Translations under genes and position numbers: made by a program | The notes under the pieces: generated by a model | Told to the model about the DNA's origin: nothing | The model's database searches: none | Seen by the model: only the letters and a program-made list of their open reading frames with translations | NCBI GenBank assembly: GCA_963675595.2 | Contig: CAXXLZ010000002.1 | Location: forward strand, 3,744,001-3,808,000 | DNA length: 64,000 nt | Direction: 5' to 3' | Source of the DNA: Thermodesulfobacteriota bacterium | GTDB taxonomy: Bacteria; Desulfobacterota; Desulfarculia; JACQYL01 | Shown here: positions 27,752-37,540 of the stretch, one piece after another | How the letters are laid out: every line of letters starts with the position of its first letter | Position numbering within the stretch: position 1 is the stretch's first letter

Positions 27752-29652
27752 CCAATACCTTCTATATTACGACTCCGATTTACTATGTAAATGCGGAACC
27801 GCACCTGGGACACGCCTATACTACCATTGTAGCCGACGTCCTGTATCGGTTCCACCAACTCATGGGACGGGATTCCTTTATGCTGACCGGAACGGACGAA
27901 CATGGAGACAAGATCGTCCGGGCGGCCGAAAAGGCCGGAGTGGATCCAAAGACTTATGTGGATCGCATCAGTGCGGAATTCAGGGACACGTGGCCTCAAC
28001 TTGGAATTTTTCCTTCGAAATTCATTCGCACCACGGATTCGGAACATATTGCCGTGGTTCAGAGCATTCTCCAAAAGGTTTATGAAAAAGGCGACATTTA
28101 CTTCGGCGAGTACGGAGGCATGTATTGCTTCGGCTGTGAACGCTTCATCACGGAACACGAGGCGGTAGACGGCAATTGCCCCATCCATCAGGCTCCGCTG
28201 GAGTATATCGCGGAGCAGAACTACTTCTTCAGAATGAGTAAGTACCAAGACTGGTTGGTCGAGCATATACGGCAACATCCCGAATTCATTCAGCCGGAAC
28301 GATACCGGAACGAAGCGTTGTCCATGCTCCGGGAGCCTCTTGAGGATTTGTGTATTTCTCGCCCCAAGTCCCGCCTCGACTGGGGAATTCCTCTGCCTTT
28401 CGATGATCGGTATGTGACTTATGTATGGTTCGACGCATTAATCAACTACATCAGTGCGTTGGGATATCCCGACGGAAAGGATTTCAAGAAGTTCTGGCCG
28501 TCGAGTCATCACCTGATCGCAAAGGACATCCTCAAACCACACGGCATCTATTGGCCCTGCATGTTGAAGTCGGCTGAAATACCACCGTATAAAAGCCTCA
28601 GCGTGCATGGATACTGGAATGTAGACGAAAGCAAAATGAGTAAATCCCTGGGCAACGTGCGGCGTCCCCTCGAACTCAAGGACGTGTACGGACTGGATGC
28701 TTTCCGATATTTCCTCATGCGGGAGATGGTCTTCGGCCTCGACGCCAACTTCAACGAGGAAGCCCTGGTGCAGAGGATCAATGCGGATTTGGCAAATGAC
28801 TTGGGAAACCTGTTCAGCCGAACCGCGGGTATGTTGGACAAATACTTTCAGGGCGTGGTTCCTGAGCCCGGCGAATTCGGTCCCGCAGAGATCGAATTGT
28901 CGAGAGAAGCGGAGCGGGTTCATATCGAATATGTTCGCAGCATGGAAGAGTTCGCTTTTCACAAGGCCTTGGGATCGGTCTGGGAACTGATCAATCACGC
29001 CAATCGGTACATTGATCGTGAAGCTCCCTGGGTCCTGTTCAAAGAAAATCGCATGGAGCGATTGGCCACGGTAATGGCTTCGGGATTCGGTGTGATCCAT
29101 GTGGTTGCCGGTCTGTTGGAGCCCTTTGTTCCGGACACCTCTGAAGAAATGCGTCTTCGCATGGGAATCGAAGACAAACCTACGAGGTCCCTGGAAGCCG
29201 CGGGACTGGATTTTGCCTCCATGATTCCGGTGGGCAAAGAGGTTCGGAAGTCTCATGCTCTGTTTCCCCGGGTAGAGAAACCCAAGACCGAGGCTCGCGT
29301 AGAAAAGGACAAGCCTCAAGTTCCATCCGGTCCCACCGTTTCGCTGAAGGAGTTTCGGAAAGCGGACTTACGAGTGGGCCAAATCCTGAAGGCCGAGCGG
29401 ATCAAAGGGGCGGACCGATTGCTGAAATTGATCGTGGATGCGGGAGGGGAACGAACCGTGGTTTCAGGAATCGCCGAACACTATGCGCCCGAAGCCCTCG
29501 TGGGGAAGCAGGTGATCCTGGTGGTCAACCTGGAACCCGCCACCATTTGCGGCGTTCAATCCCAGGGTATGATTCTTACATGTGAACACGGCAAGACATT
29601 GCTCTTGACCACGGTCGATGGGGAAGCTTCACCGGGTGATGCCGTGCTTTGA
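27748..29652 (+). CDS. metG: Methionine--tRNA ligase
   Basis: YITTPIYYVNAEPHLGH, GTDEHG, YVWFDAL, KMSKS, C-terminal tRNA-binding domain. Confidence 0.97.
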   Translation: MTNTFYITTPIYYVNAEPHLGHAYTTIVADVLYRFHQLMGRDSFMLTGTDEHGDKIVRAAEKAGVDPKTYVDRISAEFRDTWPQLGIFPSKFIRTTDSEHIAVVQSILQKVYEKGDIYFGEYGGMYCFGCERFITEHEAVDGNCPIHQAPLEYIAEQNYFFRMSKYQDWLVEHIRQHPEFIQPERYRNEALSMLREPLEDLCISRPKSRLDWGIPLPFDDRYVTYVWFDALINYISALGYPDGKDFKKFWPSSHHLIAKDILKPHGIYWPCMLKSAEIPPYKSLSVHGYWNVDESKMSKSLGNVRRPLELKDVYGLDAFRYFLMREMVFGLDANFNEEALVQRINADLANDLGNLFSRTAGMLDKYFQGVVPEPGEFGPAEIELSREAERVHIEYVRSMEEFAFHKALGSVWELINHANRYIDREAPWVLFKENRMERLATVMASGFGVIHVVAGLLEPFVPDTSEEMRLRMGIEDKPTRSLEAAGLDFASMIPVGKEVRKSHALFPRVEKPKTEARVEKDKPQVPSGPTVSLKEFRKADLRVGQILKAERIKGADRLLKLIVDAGGERTVVSGIAEHYAPEALVGKQVILVVNLEPATICGVQSQGMILTCEHGKTLLLTTVDGEASPGDAVL

Positions 29653-29831
29653 CGATCTCAGGTAGGAGCGACGGTCCGTTACCGAACCGGAGCTTTTTCC
29701 CTCTCCGAGGCACATGGGTAAGAGAAACGCGGGATGTCTTCGCCGGTCAGTGGGGTGAGGTTCATCCCGTTTCGTTTTTTCGCGGATTGTGAGGATGCGA
29801 AACGGTCGTTGCGAAAACGCCGTCTTAGAGG

Positions 29832-30590
29832 TTGCGAGGTGGTCTTGTGAGTAATCGGGAAAAGCATAACGAAGAATGTGAGCAAGGGGGAGAACCCTTG
29901 AGCGTCCGGTCGGCCGGTTCCGGAGCGGAGGCCGAAGCTGGTGGGAAACGAACATGCGACCCCGAGATCGAGAGCGTGGGCATTGCGGATATACTGCATT
30001 CATTGGGCAACATACTCGGAACGGTAATTATGAACGCCGAATTGGGAATACTGGAAACGGCCCAAGAATCCGAGGGGCGGCGTTGCTTTGAGTCGATTCT
30101 CCAGGCGGGGCGCAAGGCGAGAGATTTGGTGGATCATTGCGGGACTTCCCGTCGGTGGAAAAGAACGAGAATGGAGCCGAGAGAAATGCAGTCGAAATGT
30201 GTTGTCGGCGCTCGGGTCTTGCTGGTGGACGACGAGGAATCTTTGAGGACTTTGTGGGGGAGAATGATCGAGAGTTTGGGGTGTTCCGTTATGCGGGCGG
30301 AAAACGCCGAATCGGCGCTGAAATGCTTTCGCTCGGATCCTGCGAGGGTGGACTTGGTGATCACGGACATGAACATGCCCGGGATTTCAGGTCTGGAATT
30401 GTCCGAACTCATTCACCGGGAGCGACCGGAGCTTCCAATTATGCTGAGCACGGGCTTTGAGAACGAGTGCGAGCCGGAAGAGCTTCAAGCGGCCGGAGTG
30501 AGGGTAATCCTGAAAAAGCCTTTGGAGCGGGGGGAACTGGCCATGGAAATCGAGAAGGTCTTTTCCTCGAGGCGCCTCCGATCCTCATGA
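29832..30590 (+). CDS. Response regulator receiver protein with N-terminal HisKA-like remnant (start uncertain)
   Basis: ILHSLGNILGTVIMNAEL; VLLVDDE, VITDMNMPGISG, LSTG, KKP. Confidence 0.75.
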   Translation: MRGGLVSNREKHNEECEQGGEPLSVRSAGSGAEAEAGGKRTCDPEIESVGIADILHSLGNILGTVIMNAELGILETAQESEGRRCFESILQAGRKARDLVDHCGTSRRWKRTRMEPREMQSKCVVGARVLLVDDEESLRTLWGRMIESLGCSVMRAENAESALKCFRSDPARVDLVITDMNMPGISGLELSELIHRERPELPIMLSTGFENECEPEELQAAGVRVILKKPLERGELAMEIEKVFSSRRLRSS

Positions 30591-30762
30591 ATAGGTAGGG
30601 TTGGTGGGAGATATCGTGCAATACGTCTCCGAATCAAGGGATGGAAGGGGGTTTTGGAACGATAGCCGGTAGAGGACACCAAAAAAGTCCTTGAATTGCC
30701 GGCAAGGGTTCTTCATAATTCAAAAGATTGAGGATGGAGTTTGCATGACATAAGGAGCGGGG

Positions 30763-32166
30763 GTGTCCAGAATCCTGATCGTGGATGACGATGAATTATT
30801 GAACCAGACTCTGTCTCGGGTCGTCAAACGTCTGGGGCACGAATCGGTGTCCGCTTTCAGTCTGGCGGAGGGAATCCGTACCGCCCGCACCGGTGACTTT
30901 GATGTAGTGTTTCTAGACGTCAGAATGCCCGACGGCAACGGCGTTGAATCTCTTCCCTCCTTTCGGGATCTACCCTCCAATCCTGAAGTGATTATCGTTA
31001 CCGCTTATGGAGAACCCGACGGAGCGAGGCTGGCCATTGAAAACGGCGCTTGGGATTATATCAGAAAACCGGGATCCATCGACGGGTTTACCCTCCCTTT
31101 GCTCCGGGCACTCCAGTATCGTGCCGAAAAGCAGACGGCACGATGCCCTGTTGTGCTCAAACGGGACGCCATTATAGGAAACAGCCCCAGGTTGAACGAG
31201 GCCCTGGAACGGCTGGCTCAGGCGTCCGCCTCCAATTCCAATGTATTGATCATCGGCGAGACGGGTACCGGAAAGGAACTGTTCGCCCGCAGCATTCACC
31301 AGAATAGTCGCAGAGCGGTGGGAAACTTTGTGGTTGTGGACTGTGCGGCCCTGCCGGAGAAGCTCGTGGAAGGGATTCTTTTCGGTCACGAAAAGGGCGC
31401 GTACACGGGTGCGGATCGGGCCAAGGAAGGCTTGATCCGGCAGGCGGACGGCGGAACGCTTTTTCTTGACGAAGTGGGGGAACTTCCCCTTCATGTGCAG
31501 AAGGCGTTTCTTCGGGTCCTGCAGGAGCGGAAGTTTCGGCCTCTGGGGGCGAAAAGAGAGGTTGAAAGCGATTTCCGATTGGTGGCCGCGACTCACCGAA
31601 ATCTGGACGACATGGTGAAAGGAGGGAGTTTCCGGGAGGACCTGCTTTTCCGTTTGCGCTCTTTTTCCATCGAACTCCCTCCATTGCGCGAACGAAAAGA
31701 GGACATCAGGGAATTGACCCTCTCCCAAACGGCTGGTTTGTGCGATTTGCTGGGCCTGGAGATGAAAGGCTTTTCCTCCGATTTTCTGGAGGTGCTCTCC
31801 GCCTACGACTGGCCCGGAAATGTGAGGGAGCTGTTCAACGCCCTTGAGGAAAGCGTTGCCACAGCTCACTTTGAACCCACTCTTTTTCCCGCACACCTTC
31901 CCACCCGTATTCGAGTCAAAGCGGCCCAAGCTCCCCTCAAAGAGCATCAGGCTTCCTCTTTCTGTGATCGATCCGTGGCGGCCGCCGACCGCGCACCGAG
32001 AGAAGAGTTCCCAAAACTCAGGGACTTCAGAGAAGACCTTGAACGCAGATACCTTCGCGATTTGGTGGACCATTGCCGGGGCAACAAAATGGAGGCCTGC
32101 CGCGTATCGGGGCTCTCCAGAGCCCGGCTGTACGACTTACTGAAGAAGTACGATATCCAAGACTGA
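30763..32166 (+). CDS. Sigma54-dependent NtrC-family response regulator
   Basis: REC domain; GETGTGKE, GAYTGA, FLDEVGE, WPGNVREL; Fis-type HTH. Confidence 0.95.
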   Translation: MSRILIVDDDELLNQTLSRVVKRLGHESVSAFSLAEGIRTARTGDFDVVFLDVRMPDGNGVESLPSFRDLPSNPEVIIVTAYGEPDGARLAIENGAWDYIRKPGSIDGFTLPLLRALQYRAEKQTARCPVVLKRDAIIGNSPRLNEALERLAQASASNSNVLIIGETGTGKELFARSIHQNSRRAVGNFVVVDCAALPEKLVEGILFGHEKGAYTGADRAKEGLIRQADGGTLFLDEVGELPLHVQKAFLRVLQERKFRPLGAKREVESDFRLVAATHRNLDDMVKGGSFREDLLFRLRSFSIELPPLRERKEDIRELTLSQTAGLCDLLGLEMKGFSSDFLEVLSAYDWPGNVRELFNALEESVATAHFEPTLFPAHLPTRIRVKAAQAPLKEHQASSFCDRSVAAADRAPREEFPKLRDFREDLERRYLRDLVDHCRGNKMEACRVSGLSRARLYDLLKKYDIQD

Positions 32167-32177
32167 ATCGTCCTACC

Positions 32178-32213
32178 TGTACCGCAATTCAGACATGTCC
32201 GGTTTCCAAGACA
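32178..32213. promoter_or_regulatory. Tandem TGT-N12-ACA sites, candidate enhancer for a sigma54 activator
   Basis: TGTACCGCAATTCAGACA immediately followed by TGTCCGGTTTCCAAGACA. Confidence 0.55.
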
Positions 32214-32403
32214 TCAGACGCGCGACTTCGGGCACCACGTAATTCTCCTTGATTTTCAATGACATACCCGGAAATGAAGACGTGAAATCCGGAGTCCGCC
32301 GGCTCTTCTTCCGGGGCGGATTGCGCTCTCTCTTCCCTCGTGTATGAGGGATTCATCCTAATAAAACAAATGGTTATGCCGGTCGATTCGCGTGTGAATC
32401 GGC

Positions 32404-32419
32404 CGGCATGCTTCTTGAT
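32404..32419 (+). promoter_or_regulatory. Imperfect sigma54 promoter
   Basis: CGGCATGCTTCTTGAT: GG-N10-GA, about 190 bp downstream of the tandem sites. Confidence 0.45.
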
Positions 32420-32449
32420 CTTCTTGCGTACGACGGGCATCGGGAATGA

Positions 32450-33037
32450 GTGACGCATCGGGCGCCACCGGGTTTATCCCGATCCCCCTTAGGGCTTGTG
32501 CGCGGAGAGGGCCGGAAAGGATGTGCGGCTTTGAGACTGCTGATTTATGCGAGAGAGGGCGGCGGAGCGGCCCGGCGGCTGGAGACGGAGGTCCGCGGAT
32601 TGGACTCATGCGGTCTCGTGGACTGGTCCCATGACCTGGAGCATCTGTGCCGTCTGTTGAGGACCACCCGGCACGCGGATACCATCGGCCTCATTCTTGC
32701 CTTCGACTCCTCGGAACTGGCCGCCCTGTTACAAATGAAGGAGCTTTTTCGAGACATACCGTTGGTGGTGATCCTTCCCGATCGGGATGCCGAGACTGTT
32801 TCCAAGGGATACGGTCTGGCGCCGCGCTATCTTGATTTTCTGGACGGCGACTTGGGGGACGTGGCTGAGATAGTCCGCAGAATGATGGGGAAGAAAAGCA
32901 CTTCCAGGTGGAATGTGGACACGAAAGCGCGCATCACTCGGAGCGGTCCTGCATGCAGCTCCGATTCCGGTAGGGAAGCCCCGGTCCGAACGCCGAAGCC
33001 CGATTCTTCGGACCTGATCAAAAAGACGGTGAATTGA
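32450..33037 (+). CDS. Hypothetical protein with degenerate receiver-like alpha/beta fold (true start probably nearer 32530)
   Basis: LLIYA..IGLILA..IPLVVILPDRD..LAPRYL pattern; no canonical phosphoacceptor motif. Confidence 0.6.
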   Translation: MTHRAPPGLSRSPLGLVRGEGRKGCAALRLLIYAREGGGAARRLETEVRGLDSCGLVDWSHDLEHLCRLLRTTRHADTIGLILAFDSSELAALLQMKELFRDIPLVVILPDRDAETVSKGYGLAPRYLDFLDGDLGDVAEIVRRMMGKKSTSRWNVDTKARITRSGPACSSDSGREAPVRTPKPDSSDLIKKTVN

Positions 33038-33071
33038 GCAATCCGTAAATCAATTGAGTGAAGGGGGGATT

Positions 33072-33379
33072 ATGGCACAAGGCAAGGAAGCTCTGGGGAA
33101 CGGCGGAGGAGTTCGGTGCCGGAAGGAGAGGGCCCGGCCTTCTCGCCGGAATAAGATCGTTGCAGGCGCATTCTCAAGATTAAGGAATTCTTCGGCATGA
33201 TGCCTACCGTCCGGGTTCGCCAAACCCCCGTCCTTGTAAGAGAGGTCGTCAAACTTCACGGCAAATTGATTCCCGTGCTCGACCCGGAACGGGGTCTTCC
33301 TCCAAGGACGGATGAGAACCGCACGCTTGGGGCTTGGTCCCCATCTTATACATTGCGAAAGAATTTATGGATATATTGA
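33072..33379 (+). pseudogene. cheW: cheW pseudogene
   Basis: [38 protein letters not shown] resembles the CheW N-half; in-frame TAA at 33152; RBS and ATG at 33072 lie in another frame; C-half not recognisable. Confidence 0.75.
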
Positions 33380-33398
33380 AGATTTAAGGAGAAAGCCA

Positions 33399-35378
33399 GT
33401 GAAGAACCTCAGGTTGGGACTAAAGATATCCGGAGGGTTTGCGGTGTTGATCCTCATCGCCATGGCGGTGAGCGGGGTCGGAGTATTCAACATGGCGGGC
33501 GTCAAGGGGAAAGCCGTCGAACTCGACGAGGCGTATGTTAATGAAGTGGAACTGGTGAGCCGCCTGCAGCAGAACGTTCAGGCCACCATGTACAATATTC
33601 GTGGGTACGCCATGAGTGAGGACCGGAAGTACCTGGAGCCGGGGCTTAAGTTTCTGGACGCTGTGGGCAAGGACCTCCAAGAGTGCCGATCGCTGGCCGA
33701 ACGGTTCCCTCAGCTTACGGCTTTGCGAGAAAACGTGACCAAGGCCCAAGAAGCCGAGGAACACTACCGGACGTTGTTGAACGCCACCGTGGAACTCAAT
33801 GATGCCCTCCAAGCCGCCCGAAAAACCATGGACGAGACCGCCGGCCGCTTCATGGAGAACGCGTATGCTTTCCTGCACAGCCAGAAAGAAGCCCTGCGTC
33901 GGGAGCTGGCCAATGCCGCCGGTGCGGACACGGTTGAGGAACGGTTCTTCAAGGTCGGCCTCATCAACGATATCATAGATTTGGGAAACAGTCTGCGGGT
34001 GGCGAACTTCAAATCGCAAGCTACCTGGAATCCCGCCCTGATCGAGGAGGGGATAAAGGCTTTTCAAGCCGTCTCAGGAAAGTACGAAGAACTCGAGAAC
34101 ATTGTTCGAAAGCAGGAAAACAAGAAGCAACTTGCTGCCATTCAAGAGTCCGGCAACCTGTACATGAAAACGATGAGCAAATTTCTCACAGACTGGAAGG
34201 AACTCCGGAAGCGAGGTGAAGAACGAACCCAAGCCGGCGAAACACTCCTCCAACTTGCGGGCGGCACGTCCGATGTGGGGCTCCGGGGCATGAATCGAAT
34301 CGCCGAGGAAACCGTGTCTTCCTTGAATGCGGCCTCCACGGTTCTGGTGACCGGAGCACTGGTCATGCTCATACTAGGTGTGGGGGTGTCCCTGGTCATC
34401 ACTCGATCCATTACTCGTCCGGTAAACCGGATTATACAAGGCCTAAACGACGCTTCGGATCAGGTAGCTTCGGCCGCCGGCCAAGTTTCCTCCGCGAGCC
34501 AATCTTTGGCGGAGGGATCGTCGGAACAGGCGGCGTCTTTGGAGGAAACCTCCTCTTCTTTGGAAGAGATGGCGTCCATGACCAAACAGAACGCCGAAAA
34601 CGCCTCGCATGCCGACGGCTTGGTGAGACAGACGAACGATGTGGTTCTACACGCTTCGGATTCCATGAAGGAGCTTACCGCTTCCATGGAAGCCATTTCC
34701 GCAGCCAGTACGGAAACGTCCAAAATCATCAAGACCATTGATGAGATCGCTTTTCAAACCAATCTCCTGGCCTTGAATGCCGCCGTGGAGGCGGCTCGAG
34801 CCGGCGAAGCCGGTGCGGGTTTCGCCGTGGTGGCCGACGAGGTGAGAAATCTCGCCATGAGAGCGGCGGAGGCGGCCAAGAGCACGGCCGGCCTTATCGA
34901 AGAAACCGTTAAAAAGGTCAAAGACGGGTCGGGGCTGGTGGAAAAGACCGGAACCGCTTTCTCGGAAGTGGCGTCGGGATCATCCAAGGTGGCCGATTTG
35001 GTGGCGGAGATCGCATCGGCTTCCAAGGAACAGGCCATGGGGATCGAACAGGTCAACACGGCAGTCTCCGAAATGGACCGAGTGACCCAACAGAATGCGG
35101 CGAACGCGGAAGAGTCCGCCAGCGCGGCCGAGGAACTCAGCGCCCAGGCGGAACACATGAAATCCTTTGTGGGAGAGCTTGTTGCTTTGGTTACGGGGAA
35201 AGGACTGAACGGCGGTGCGGCCCCCATGCTGTCCGGCGGTGGAAGAACGAAAGCCAAGGCCCCTAAACGGTTGCGAAGAACGACTATGAAGCAGGCCAAG
35301 TCGCAGAAGCACGGTGCCAGGGAAGTGGATCCGGAAGAAGTGATCCCTTTGGATCGGGATTCTTTGGACGAATTCTAA
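33399..35378 (+). CDS. Methyl-accepting chemotaxis protein with large helical periplasmic sensor
   Basis: Two TMs; [34 protein letters not shown]; AAGGAG RBS before GTG 33399. Confidence 0.96.
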   Translation: MKNLRLGLKISGGFAVLILIAMAVSGVGVFNMAGVKGKAVELDEAYVNEVELVSRLQQNVQATMYNIRGYAMSEDRKYLEPGLKFLDAVGKDLQECRSLAERFPQLTALRENVTKAQEAEEHYRTLLNATVELNDALQAARKTMDETAGRFMENAYAFLHSQKEALRRELANAAGADTVEERFFKVGLINDIIDLGNSLRVANFKSQATWNPALIEEGIKAFQAVSGKYEELENIVRKQENKKQLAAIQESGNLYMKTMSKFLTDWKELRKRGEERTQAGETLLQLAGGTSDVGLRGMNRIAEETVSSLNAASTVLVTGALVMLILGVGVSLVITRSITRPVNRIIQGLNDASDQVASAAGQVSSASQSLAEGSSEQAASLEETSSSLEEMASMTKQNAENASHADGLVRQTNDVVLHASDSMKELTASMEAISAASTETSKIIKTIDEIAFQTNLLALNAAVEAARAGEAGAGFAVVADEVRNLAMRAAEAAKSTAGLIEETVKKVKDGSGLVEKTGTAFSEVASGSSKVADLVAEIASASKEQAMGIEQVNTAVSEMDRVTQQNAANAEESASAAEELSAQAEHMKSFVGELVALVTGKGLNGGAAPMLSGGGRTKAKAPKRLRRTTMKQAKSQKHGAREVDPEEVIPLDRDSLDEF

Positions 35379-36003
35379 ATCGAAATGTAACAAGGAGCAC
35401 CGGGGCATAGGCGAGATTGCCGGTGCTTCTTCACGATGAAGGAAAAACTCGGGCTTCGGTGAAGAGCCGGCTACGATGAGGGGACGGTTTTTCCGCGAGG
35501 CCCGGCAACCACTCTCTGCGAGGCATGGTTGCAGATGATGCAGGACGGGCATCCCATGCCTGTCCGCATCTTCATGATCACCCGTCTCGACACCCGGTCG
35601 GGCGAACCTCATTTCTCCGCCTGCGTTCCGCGAGGCGTCCTTTCCCGAATTCACCTGTTCTTTCCAATGTATGTACCGGTACGCGCGCGTTCACCGGCGC
35701 GGTGAAATGTGGTTCCGCCGGGCCTCTTGCCGTAGGGTCGTGCCGTCGGCCCTTTGGACGGCAAGAATGGGTTCCCATATGATGCCCGACGGGTTGAGTT
35801 CGCGTGCGAAGTGGAATAGTCTGGCAAGAATTGCCGGGATCGAACGACTCATCTTGTGTATTGGAATATTGAAGTTTGTACCCGTTCGAAACGGTGGAGG
35901 TCGTGAGCCTGCGGCGACGGGCGGGAGGGTCGAAGCCTGAATCTCGCTTCGCCCCGGGCCGAACTCAAGGGACGTTGGCCGACGTCATGAGGGAAGGAGC
36001 AGT

Positions 36004-36768
36004 ATGGGAAGGACGCCGGCGCGGAAGTCAACCATGTTGATCGCGGTCTTGATTTGGTTGTCCGCCGCGGGAACGTGGGCCGCTTGGCTCGATCGACCGC
36101 TGAATCCCACGGGAGAGGAATTCGGGGTACTCATCGGAAGCTGCTCCACCCGAATGGACGGCGATCCTGATCGCACCCACAATATCTCGCTTTGCGCGCG
36201 CAAACTGGACCAGCGCGTCATCCCTCCCCATGGTCGGTTTTCCTTTAATAGCTCCGTCGGCAAACGAACCCTGCAACGGGGATTCAGGAAAGCGCCGGTT
36301 CTCTTTCTGGACGAGATGACCGAACAAGTGGGCGGAGGTGTCTGCCAGGTTTCTTCCACTCTGTACAATGCGGCTTTGCTCGCCGACCTCGATCCCGTTG
36401 AAAGATATAAACATTCCAGCCAAGTATATTACGTCCCCGTGGGTCAGGACGCTACCGTATCCTACGGGCATCGTGATCTTGTCCTGCGGAATCCTTTTGA
36501 TTTCCCGGTGAAACTGCGTGCGGCTGCGAGCCGGTCCGCTCTCACCATGTCATTTTTCGCCGCGGAGCCCCTGCCGTATGAGGTTCGACTCGAACGGTCG
36601 ATACGGGATATCGAGGCTCCCTTTGACAGTCCGTCGGCGAGGCCGGGGCAGGAAGTCCGGATCTACCGGATTCATGTTGGTTCGCAAGGTGAGGAAATCC
36701 ACCGGGAACGGGTTTCGGTGGATCGGTATCCCCCCGTGTACGATTGGAGCGAGGGATACGCACAGTAA
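36004..36768 (+). CDS. VanW-family exported protein
   Basis: RTHNI, FSFNSSVG, GGGVCQVSSTLYNA, HS..YVPVGQDATVSYG..DL..N; signal peptide from ATG 36034. Confidence 0.9.
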   Translation: MGRTPARKSTMLIAVLIWLSAAGTWAAWLDRPLNPTGEEFGVLIGSCSTRMDGDPDRTHNISLCARKLDQRVIPPHGRFSFNSSVGKRTLQRGFRKAPVLFLDEMTEQVGGGVCQVSSTLYNAALLADLDPVERYKHSSQVYYVPVGQDATVSYGHRDLVLRNPFDFPVKLRAAASRSALTMSFFAAEPLPYEVRLERSIRDIEAPFDSPSARPGQEVRIYRIHVGSQGEEIHRERVSVDRYPPVYDWSEGYAQ

Positions 36769-36898
36769 ACGGCAACCACCCAATGCGTCGGCGCGTATTC
36801 GAAACCAATGAGATGCATTCAAGTTGGGCATCGAATTCCACGTGTCCGGCGTTTCGAACACCCGATCTGCGATGACGGATCGTCGCCGGGAAGAGACC

Positions 36899-37540
36899 AT
36901 GCTCGATCGACGGGCGAAGTTTTTAATCTTCATTGTGGCGAGTTTATGGCTCCCGGGCATTTTGGGAATTCCATCAACGGCGGACGCCGTCATTCCCCTG
37001 GCCGAATACGAAAAGATCCGCGGCACCAACCTGGAACGGCTGATTCTTCAAGAAGCCCGCACGGCTATTGAGGAAGTCTTGTCCAACGGCGAGCGGCAAA
37101 AGCACGCTCTGCCCTGGCCCGGACCCCGTGTCGGCCTCTTTCTTACCCTCATGAACGGACGTGGGGTCCGGGCCTGCGCGGGCACTTTTTCTTCCATGGC
37201 CGCTTCTCTGGCGGAGGCTTTGCGGGATGCGGCCGTTTCGGCCGTTTCTCTGGATCCACGAGCCGCGCCGGTGGCTGTTTCCGAACTGACGCATTTGCGC
37301 GTCGTGGTGTCGTTCGTGGGGGAACCGGTGTTTTGCCCGAATCCGTTTCTCATCGATTTCAGACGAGAGGGCCTGATGACCCGAATCGGCGGCCTGGAAC
37401 GGCTATTGTTGCCGGGAGAGGCGAAAACGCTCCAATATGGAATCAGTCGATTGCTGGGCATTTCGGAACCCTCCAAACATACCTTCGAGAGGTTTCCGGT
37501 GGTGACCTTGGACGAACGTAAATGGGAGGACTTGAGATGA
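36899..37540 (+). CDS. AMMECR1-domain protein with predicted signal peptide
   Basis: GLFLTL..VRACAGT, AVSLDPR..V..SEL, GL..LLLPGEA; hydrophobic N-terminus ending ADA. Confidence 0.8.
   Translation: MLDRRAKFLIFIVASLWLPGILGIPSTADAVIPLAEYEKIRGTNLERLILQEARTAIEEVLSNGERQKHALPWPGPRVGLFLTLMNGRGVRACAGTFSSMAASLAEALRDAAVSAVSLDPRAAPVAVSELTHLRVVVSFVGEPVFCPNPFLIDFRREGLMTRIGGLERLLLPGEAKTLQYGISRLLGISEPSKHTFERFPVVTLDERKWEDLR

Noticed and set aside
35400-36000. 600-bp gap between MCP and vanW with short ORFs, hairpins and TGGCAAGAATTGCC
   Set aside because: No recognisable protein or RNA family; the GG-GC spacing (N8) is wrong for sigma54
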